IMG/VR virus record: IMGVR_UViG_3300044634_002329
Location: 32,001-96,000 of that record
DNA from: a virus
DNA: 64,000 nt
Reading direction: 5' to 3' (one strand)
Shown: one piece after another, positions 60,701-64,000 of the stretch
How the letters are laid out: each line of letters begins with the position of its first letter
Position numbering within the stretch: position 1 is the stretch's first letter
Notes under the pieces: generated by a model
What the model was told of the DNA's origin: nothing
What the model saw: only the letters and a program-made list of their open reading frames with translations
Databases searched by the model: none
Made by a program: the position numbers and the translations under genes

Positions 60701-61536
60701 AAGATGTTAGAGAAAAAATAAGAAAACAATATGATGAAACTATATTTCATAAATATAGTAAAGATGAATTAGAAATTGTTCCTTTTGAAGATCAAAAAGG
60801 TTATTTTATAATTCAAACTAAACAAAAAAATGCTAATGGTTATCCATTAGATGATACTATTAATATTTTTAAATCAGAAGATTTAGCTAAAGCACATATT
60901 GAAAAAAATTATAATGAATTAAAAACAATAAAACCTAAACCAGATTATACTACACAAGCTTTAATTAATACTAAAATAGCTGCACTTAAAGAAATAGCTA
61001 AAAAATATCCAAGAACTTTAATTAGAAATGAAGTTAAACCTATAAATGAATTAAAATCATTTAATCAATTTGAAATAGATGAATTACCATTTCAAAAATT
61101 AAAGTCTAAATCTTTTATTAATAATAATAATATATCACCTATAGAAAATGATCAAGAAATGTTTAACCAAATGGTTAAACAAAACAATGGTCAATACCCT
61201 AAAAGATTTGAAAATCAAGGTAGAGTTTGGTTATTAAATGCAAATAACTTATATGATTCTATTGATGATGTATCTAAAAGTATCATTATTAAAAACATGA
61301 ATATGGTTACTGGACAAATTGAACCAGAAATAAAAACAGAAACACCAGTTAATCAAGAAGAATTATTTAATTTTATACAATCAATTAATAATTCAATTTT
61401 AAATGAAGGGTTAGATGTAATATTAGCTAATAATGGAATAAATGTACAAGATATTCTTGATGAAGCTAGTAAAGTTACAACTCAAGAAGAATTAACTGAT
61501 TTAGAAAATAATTTAAAGAAATACATATGTCGTTAG
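45766..61536 (+). CDS. virion-packaged DNA-dependent RNA polymerase (phi14:2 gp66-like), polyvalent protein
   Basis: ATG 45766 overlaps upstream TAA; RIP (53155) and GSDYDGDK catalytic motif (53272-53286); zincin HEAWH (48352) with EEMLAEDF; C-terminal accessory domains. Confidence 0.85.
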   Translation: MITCPINDPEIVSLLYKLIVIKLNNFSSNETFDHEAFLKELYDEIADKTSPEVAAKYLQSVPRLLSLAAIKRFENIDIDTTALNKLSRKFKSETGIAEIIQTYSTDSDEELRRKIKEKEDAENKIPVESTSDQPVILLPTRFKAASAASGTLQQFVKVDPKKKGQHDEVIIETIDPELETTINVTNKINDLQNTTLPGEELKYQGKTLRLKVQDVVGFRKEYSDKLRKNDEESLKRSSAILAQGSKLGDVIPINAQSLLVITDDNGNFLYFDKDGNITDEANGNIVYQFLRPVRKDGKEYTVTNVYTTESSVATPEQIAQQTYDQNSDIDYDAYVKAIKQQQQEEFKALYGIQEQIKSGDKTSILLPITGVSSGVPSNLSSTIIYLNELSKFPGLDIASILTSINVITSDTASFKKGQTTVRINGGEFKINNPRMNEELMSEIAAMLMDPNPPASLKQIYLNQFIDTTKDTTRRIQFNSIDNTIELYKKTSTKNSSGTYTFGKVINRTIDLEKLKNNGYTEQERQDLEKDILQYLREGFKNGPTLININSSLIKNQKEFIRYNRDTKEPYSGDYLEFISSFPAEINLINADPGIYNRSIEFAFPGSFIDDLQKADKNLNNTEGENLSFEEILKRKEEEDNRNPVKVEARDIIANSKSEEFLNKVKNYPGNTNINPTDNFLLVAYFKAAIKEKNYTKEFANSIKNEIQSLLPLNPLSVEQVKMIEDEIDAIKEVPSPSQTQAEIKDQVEVPGAPDPINNATTNGMFTDNDIDDDIFKGLFRRGSKDEKIAREKVIAARTWWNSPELAPLRKVISLEHVANLVNSDVYASFITNASKIANPDGTLGKITANTAKGSVFQNLTIYHEAWHGFSQLFLSKQDKIDLYEELRNYTTPKGATPYATKSYLELEEMLAEDFRNYVKTGKAKASSPKRNTLFRRMVEFLKQLFGKGLKKFNNKDVLINSLNSPMAKELFDKLYIGDINKYTPLIDNSMFYSLDRGVPSVNNKRNVVLSKQDSTLAVSSIDGIFSQILNTINEKARVAGKSGAKGANIAVFLEPSRRAALYVQAKKELESKLKIEKDKLAKVEGIVNFSTLTTLQEIKDNAAGVFVNSEGKNKFIFLKSQIDDFTILEPSLKANGDRVKGEKYHGIKIVSDFYKHKTILNGKVPADIMVVTSMAQAEEQLKNYIDGNSKAYTKVIDNKLENPVLLTEDQEFIQDNIRILQTMLDNYGDENSGLVKYHMENSDFEISKTKYELDVIDENNDEAISENDLENSGRDIETFNDVKKHKQSLLQTMSKETTMLLKSLIKTDGNNVVKNRLGFPERVDFIKVFNIVAKTIGGVRDRELAYNLLKAEASKFPEIQQLIDFKYPDPNTKNSYEFDISRQFLQDFGKPKVTYKIVLAVPDEESGTIDFKLAEASLAISNITGRWQTEFVSASPSRYIKKTPDNESELNLQNILTDFSKKDELVISKAFDFAKAIGINLTVNDNIKSDFDSKLEYYGIPFMFNIVKDFAQIEQDLNNPATAASVSSAQKTFLNKFKANPIEVLRTAVPINILTTFPKGINENTQITRLAELQAKYGYDSATTGVITADGNTAYEDVNYSFMTGFVDAVNSVSNIRDLWTKNEYSHMAYLNPNTNTFTKNLRILNEIFDMHTGAKKPGKSLQLMNVNGTSQITEDENGNSNTEGTVTADLDPIGKGLQELHSMLGGGVSEFNRMSEKKNAYGLKVVGGIVGKTDPISYATKGADTDLYVDVIQFANNGNGEIYAINNHFLGYIQSEFDRIVKFKGNRREEYLNFTGFNNKVNDVNGVEKYAGEVFNDFDDILSKDTQNQLYALADQYANSNEVNIPLVQYLKTNSKLLKDIQTDITNYFDTVTEKYKTLYFDKLPYISKSILVKAGVPKEKLLTRKQVEEAQEDPKNIQTVLKAFMYNDWIHRFEVSSLMFGDRAQWNHGKEEQPKRIPGAQSDGIGFLYDQSSRDFINDVFNKTTETYGAKLTRESEDNTKYDSFKYSDVLNTAVIKDAQRESIYLAEYQAAWKKNYIEVNNYSEEEADRLVELDSKPFRKDKMDESDGIAYMTLDAYRTLHKTGRGWSVAQEALYQKVVAGETISTQDAKEFFPIYKLHYYGSLKNDLLPAMAMHKFSVAPLIPGVYPETSELGKLHKKMLKDNVQYVTFKSGSKAVTLTNGGNVDNLFANSNENSINEDFTFTVNPIFMANLKEVTVINEYYKKTLPIATQTRVIILDNLYNDGKLTNSDNAPLVNDYKNVVRDYSIVLKDELLNKIGYSLNEDGNYEGDITTFVQVLREELGNRDIPEQLLKLLNTTKEGKLSIDLSLHPQAETIEKLLLSIIQTTLIKQQTNGEPLTQMPSTFTNGIWDDQYKTLTNPADIERLLGTNTLPFYNINKTTGKTNLMKVAIALQGEYKNLLKAKDLDGNVIGTIDRLNELIKDDKWLEQNRDAISLFGPRIPNDATNTIEGAEVWHFFNESFGNAIILPTEIVAKAGSDYDGDKLFMSMPNVDKDGNYINKGIDNYDALLKETIALEKDGKLGKDRLKSGQLIELQKKYLQNLYLKKSIDLLTLPDNFGYLTKPNQTYLVEKYAEDLQKLGTGYNRYESATHGSPKKSVGPKDKQKDVVSPTRQNEISHQLYLHDANLSLEPSLGVQANFTKSHVLYKTVGVNMPATYTTSYTNFSVNRVIKSLIELPMVMRLKHNTAINEAGKEVISLSGEKTQLGTRITDINSHALNGILDRAKNSFPFDLKLVPEAINTLNYMLQAGVSEEEIFYFLTQPLIVEYIKDQKLRKSPYYSIVYGESKGSKTTASANAIIQNMINVKGVDFTSYLADINLLKLKATLESYAASAKKSKEAYNVKLKDESILYTLTPEEIINKINNGDIDPTTIKKIFNSNAKDAFEEVTESKELFTDKNYAFTTQAFSNAFLPEGIINIDFLKKHIKDSSSPAALTLFFNYLELEQQYEGMSELEKVFSPDKIKLTTAQQVIKREEAYKNLYENSKVDKASLERLTKQSVLSSFNQDKLILDLVTPLFPLRLSNEISSYITKLFNDPTESRKIRNKFGTGIDGQEFFTKKYQNAIVAYIYQNYMSRFVNADGTLTNIPESYNGKPVLVNNDINTNVIIDKDSIIINSDRVRTEYQRKVYLSANKNVGYTGDKFAKDPFNTLNSYYRYTIEKELLRTSIPIESLEQNKDFLNLLNTYNTADEAYESYISEKALANTYNRSYIVGTAKYSYTEKVLNIIKEFENTNLKDKYPILAQLAPVKTKKAVKLIQLNDKQIAKGVLGEIYINNLINLANPIIKKVDDPIDNQRISDVFKDFSLMMFYQHGVGNSKLGFVNAIDPEVYTESMTKFSQQFLNNYLSDDSLTDVYNMLMAPGNLFGNFEIKDVENEKPYSKADQLTPFELPGSTSPVANIPQNKISGVASFGSTVTANDEVIKVLGANAHSIDMIESGLRTRTTRSESEMAKYAVKVGDIIKHFGKSADGSTKTILAKVTAIHPKGTPGFKGTWNKEGWRSEDVNVIDRFKDGAAAIEFEIINNNQTPGSTSVNKKVIKNEKGLIIINNAIPTEKTIDIVKNNKDFIQETSFKQTNGSVSWGYGMQWIRSSALTDKQKQGVQIGKQIGGQEVTEEMVNQLLAGTEAKKIKGMPLYVYTNIDINGNRLPNIPNEIIEILLEQGIDVSQYDASYNSVYDKNDKGSLIVHQDNTEFNTSPIITVSLGRPMKFITYQLKDSSNYSFGTNAKNRYELTLNTISNKLVAGKLAPELKRQKNFKGDEVIGYGELTPGNLAKYAKMVGEESAALDALANSIEKIEEHTLTNGAVLVFSKENRNVFHEIIFDEETDALPMPKGFPELTINKAYKGLGKPDQMVKTKDYRVVLTLRKVNGTKELDVVDTNKLTASQPTQVPTPIQPISDIDNSNKPVLNSLPNKSSIPTMTYAGIGSRQTPQEVLNKMTEVAKYLDGLGYTLQTGFTFKDKNTGLDEEGADKAFSDGAQNKILFGPSGIRKTINGETSVDTYNPNVTTKSTDVVKEVHPAPEKLSPGALKLMARNTNQIFGKNLDSTVDFVIFYAPETNNPLRPKGGTGQAVEMARRKGIPTINLANSNWREELKTALANRSTQSPTKVEVKAFRTSGTFSSTVDYAQRGSGTYYALDKPFQELGRTDKVEEVNVSYNPSKTLDATTEEGQSKFMEIKRKAVEGKTFDEIKDLNDAVSQEMMNNGYESLIGWIDEDVPNVGRELVIYPTQSSTDTNYQLPQNRELEEYVASEKTIRDLAARMSDRIGIPFIFESDRTKEYKGKLESDRQVLDADPEDGVTYGNVKNTAFINLAYATLDTPIHEILGHPIIRAIKNNTKGTFYEPKYDNSLNQWVIEEHKIDDYDVHFFNTKKEADAFYKSKQSQLYQNLLKELETGKGKEVLDRIKRDYNKKFERGKSFTFEGKDYIADNASKTGYRDKYGNDVESNELEISLFAYELKHKDKIYYTLEEQQEEALVELLGMMTAGKLDAVKDGNLISLLKRLLKEIKTFVKDLLKQKEIEINKLPDNMTLGDISDILAYSNSKLILPGNEVEYTTPDNQKFKTYQEASNHISQLVKNIKDVDLDNIKIENKGIPNHFQKDTYQGDRDYTDWYSFNDGKYYVERDGQNYEDGFSRTKEITKQEFEQAYIDSQNYGGMIGKGTIDSDITSFIAKNKEYEQSKEIIDEWKKINNIQYKPEEIYSRGQEFTSVVGAYSDFDVNLMMQNLLSHIEDNEKAGGKFAISAFTKPIDKKISHLEGGGGKIKFKIYPQSQDILWAANIDVYSGSVWDAADKVNKDKKSELLGVSYTKYPSLDNVNAVQPNLASIVDDLAHHHNELGISLTGNNFRLEYDDNIPNTTKKIIDSINSILDQKYGKIIKPEIKKQEQQIIKYGLFSKGANDILDEFNTKEEAQTAVDFNNKLLIDGGESADYSVVPIKNIGIQPTQTKNNIKEDIKDVREKIRKQYDETIFHKYSKDELEIVPFEDQKGYFIIQTKQKNANGYPLDDTINIFKSEDLAKAHIEKNYNELKTIKPKPDYTTQALINTKIAALKEIAKKYPRTLIRNEVKPINELKSFNQFEIDELPFQKLKSKSFINNNNISPIENDQEMFNQMVKQNNGQYPKRFENQGRVWLLNANNLYDSIDDVSKSIIIKNMNMVTGQIEPEIKTETPVNQEELFNFIQSINNSILNEGLDVILANNGINVQDILDEASKVTTQEELTDLENNLKKYICR
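56007..56433 (+). repeat. 16-nt direct repeat ACCAGGATCTACTTCT flanking ASCH-like domain
   Basis: Identical copies at 56007-56022 and 56418-56433, both encoding PGSTS. Confidence 0.8.
58142..58536 (+). repeat. 17-nt direct repeat CTACTCAATCAYCTACT flanking ART-like domain
   Basis: Copies at 58142-58158 and 58520-58536 with one mismatch, encoding TQS[PS]T. Confidence 0.75.
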
Positions 61537-64000
61537 TATCATGCCCTATTAAGTCAAGTAAAGAATATCAAGACATCTTGGCTCAAGCTAATAATAATGA
61601 AGAGGAGGCTCTAAGACTTTGGAATGAAAATGAAAAGTTAAGAGACAATCCAGATCTTAATGAGACTACAGAAGAAACTACTGTAGAGGAAGAAGAAGAT
61701 TCTCCATTTAAAGAGTTAATAGACAAAGTAATTTTATTTTTAAAGAAACAGTTAAATGATTTAAAAAAGAAAAAACTTGTTGATCAGACAGCTAAAGAAA
61801 AAAGTTTAGCTGAATTGATTGCAAATATTGAAGCTGCAGAAGGAGTTCAAAGTATAAATATTTTTATTGATGATGCTATTAAATTATCTAGACAAGCAGA
61901 AGCTAGATTAAAAACAATATTAGCTAATAAAGAAAATCTTACACCACATCAAATGATAGAGCAATTGACTAGTGTAAATGACTTTATTAAAGGTTATGCA
62001 ATCATTGATGAAATAGATAAGGTTGATATTGAAGAATTCATGAATGATGAAACTTTAATTACTGGTATAGAATTAAGTAAAATGAATCCTAAATCAAAAA
62101 TTAAAGAAATCAAGTTAATCAAAGATGAAATCAATAAACAATATATTGAAAAAGGTATTCCCTTATTAGCAGAATTTCTTAGTGATTTTTCTCCAGAAAC
62201 TTTAAAAGAACAAGGAAGTAAACTAATAGAAACAGCTGAGAAAAAAATTCAAGAAATTGAAGCTTCTAGTAAAACACCTGAGCAAAAAGCAAAAGAAATA
62301 GCACCTCTTCAAGATAGAATAGATAATATTTTAAGATCAGGTGGTGATAAAGATTCTTTAATTAAATCTCTTAAAGAAGCTACTAAAGACCAAGGAGTAT
62401 TAGATTTTTTATTGGCACCACTTATTAGTTCTCCAGATAGTGTATTAGCATTATTTGCTAAGAGTATTAAAAGAGCTTTGCAAATGGCTGCATTAAAAGA
62501 TATTGAATTTGAAAAAAAAATAACTCCGGAATTTCAAAAATATGCTAAAGCTAGAGGTTCACAACAAAATGTAAAAGAATTTAATAAACCTCTATTTGAA
62601 GAAGTTGATTATGTTTATAAAGACAAAAATGGTAAAGAAGTTACTATTAAAAGAGCTGCATTTGTTCAAAAGTTTGATATGAATAAATATAATAAAGCTC
62701 AGTCTGAATTATACAAATCATTAGGAGAAAAACCTACAGATGCTAAATCATTAGGTGCATGGAAAAAAAGAAGAAATAATTGGTATAGACTTAATACACA
62801 ATCTGTTAGTAAAGAAAAAATTGCAGAAATTGATCAAGCTAAGAAAAAAGAATTAACTGATAAAATCATTACTGCAGAAGAATATCAAACATGGTTAGAT
62901 GAAGACAGAGTAAAAGAAATTACAGAACCATCTGATCAATATCTTAATGATAAATGGCTGGCTTTATATAATATAGATGGTACCCCTAAAAATAAACTAG
63001 GAGATCATCATAAATTTTTATTAGATCAATATTTATCAGATCAAAAAAAACTACCTGTATCACAAAGACCAAACTTTTTTGTACCATCAATTGAAAAAAC
63101 AGATGCAGATAGATTAACTAGTAATTCTACAAAAGAATTTTTAAAAGATAAAATAACAGATCAATTTAAACTTAAATCATATGATGCAGCATCTGGTATT
63201 ACATCTTTATCAAATGAAGATGCTAGATTTATACCTGTATACTATAATCAAGTAATGGATATTAATGATGTAAGTTTAGACTTAACTAGATCTATCATGA
63301 TGTTTCATTCAATGACAAATAAATATGAAGCATTAAATAACTATCATGGTGAGATATCATTAATGAAAGCTGTTATTGGAAATAGAGAAGTAGCTAAAAC
63401 AAATAGTAAAGGTAAAGCAATCATAGATGCATTTGCAGAAAAAAATGGACTTACAGATTTTATTAAAAAAAATGGAGAAAGTTATTCTGAAAAACACTTA
63501 AATGCATTTATAGATATGGTTGTATATGGTGAGATGCAGAAAGCTGAAGATATTTTTGGTATCTCAGCAACTAAGCTGACTAACTCAATTATGGGATTTT
63601 CTGCTATAACTACTATATCAATGGATGTTTTAAAAGGTACAGCTAATTCTATACAAGCAAACATTCAAGTATTAATTGAAGCAAACTCTGGTGAGTTCTT
63701 TGGTAAGAAAAATTTAGCAAAAGGTAAAGCAAAGTTTTGGAGTAAAGCTGCTCCTGCAATGGTATCTGATTGGGGAAAACCAACTCCTACTAGTTTGTAT
63801 GGTCAACTACATCAATTGTATGACCCAATGCAAGGAAGATATAAAGATCAATATGGTAAAAATGTAACAGCTACAACGGCTAATAAATTGATTAGAACAG
63901 ATACTTTATTTTTCAATCAGCATTTTGGAGAACTTGAAATAGCAACTACTACATTATATGCATTAATGGATAATACCATGGTAAAAACAAATGATGGTAG
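61527..64000 (+). CDS. third giant ejection protein, 3'-truncated (absent from ORF track)
   Basis: ATG 61527 overlaps RNAP end: MSLVSCPIKSSKEYQDILAQA...; spot-checked frame is open (e.g. APLISSPDSVLALFAK; ends LMDNTMVKTNDG). Confidence 0.8.
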   Translation, partial: MSLVSCPIKSSKEYQDILAQANNNEEEALRLWNENEKLRDNPDLNETTEETTVEEEEDSPFKELIDKVILFLKKQLNDLKKKKLVDQTAKEKSLAELIANIEAAEGVQSINIFIDDAIKLSRQAEARLKTILANKENLTPHQMIEQLTSVNDFIKGYAIIDEIDKVDIEEFMNDETLITGIELSKMNPKSKIKEIKLIKDEINKQYIEKGIPLLAEFLSDFSPETLKEQGSKLIETAEKKIQEIEASSKTPEQKAKEIAPLQDRIDNILRSGGDKDSLIKSLKEATKDQGVLDFLLAPLISSPDSVLALFAKSIKRALQMAALKDIEFEKKITPEFQKYAKARGSQQNVKEFNKPLFEEVDYVYKDKNGKEVTIKRAAFVQKFDMNKYNKAQSELYKSLGEKPTDAKSLGAWKKRRNNWYRLNTQSVSKEKIAEIDQAKKKELTDKIITAEEYQTWLDEDRVKEITEPSDQYLNDKWLALYNIDGTPKNKLGDHHKFLLDQYLSDQKKLPVSQRPNFFVPSIEKTDADRLTSNSTKEFLKDKITDQFKLKSYDAASGITSLSNEDARFIPVYYNQVMDINDVSLDLTRSIMMFHSMTNKYEALNNYHGEISLMKAVIGNREVAKTNSKGKAIIDAFAEKNGLTDFIKKNGESYSEKHLNAFIDMVVYGEMQKAEDIFGISATKLTNSIMGFSAITTISMDVLKGTANSIQANIQVLIEANSGEFFGKKNLAKGKAKFWSKAAPAMVSDWGKPTPTSLYGQLHQLYDPMQGRYKDQYGKNVTATTANKLIRTDTLFFNQHFGELEIATTTLYALMDNTMVKTNDG

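Noticed and set aside
4648-63664. Numerous minus-strand ORFs of 60-120 aa in the track
   Set aside because: All lie antisense within long + strand genes and have F/L/I/S-rich shadow composition; no evidence of real minus-strand genes
1-64000. Stop-codon reassignment as in some crAss-like phages
   Set aside because: Genes are intact under code 11; TAG (6280, 12081, 12632, 61536) and TGA (809, 22669) act as genuine stops followed closely by the next gene
1-64000. CRISPR array, tRNA or rRNA genes
   Set aside because: Intergenic gaps are at most about 130 nt, with no spaced repeats or cloverleaf recognised

Overview
AT-rich, single-strand-coded (+), densely packed segment of a large crAss-like (phi14:2/Crassvirales-related) podophage, probably infecting Bacteroidota (A-rich translation starts without Shine-Dalgarno; standard genetic code). 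Gene order: PD-(D/E)XK nuclease (truncated), putative TerS, TerL, portal, scaffold-like protein, major capsid protein, a cluster of small Lys-rich proteins, head-tail and Cys-rich structural proteins, a ferritin-like protein, an HU/IHF-like protein, tail ring and tail-stabilisation proteins, cargo proteins, and three giant ejection proteins including a ~5250-aa virion RNA polymerase (DYDGD motif) and a final ORF running off the window. Most notable observations: (1) an intergenic hairpin whose 11-nt loop is exactly complementary to an AAACCAACAAA motif next to the start codons of three genes (candidate sRNA regulon); (2) a train of enzyme cassettes (ASCH, AlkB-like, SLOG, ART-like, zincin) fused to the RNA polymerase, two bounded by 16-17-nt direct repeats; (3) lone terminal cysteines in otherwise Cys-free giant proteins; (4) a pervasive [MYFA]-x-x-GG motif delimiting modules, including an OMP-like beta-barrel module ending in a beta-signal. 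All protein calls come from motif recognition and synteny, with no database search.
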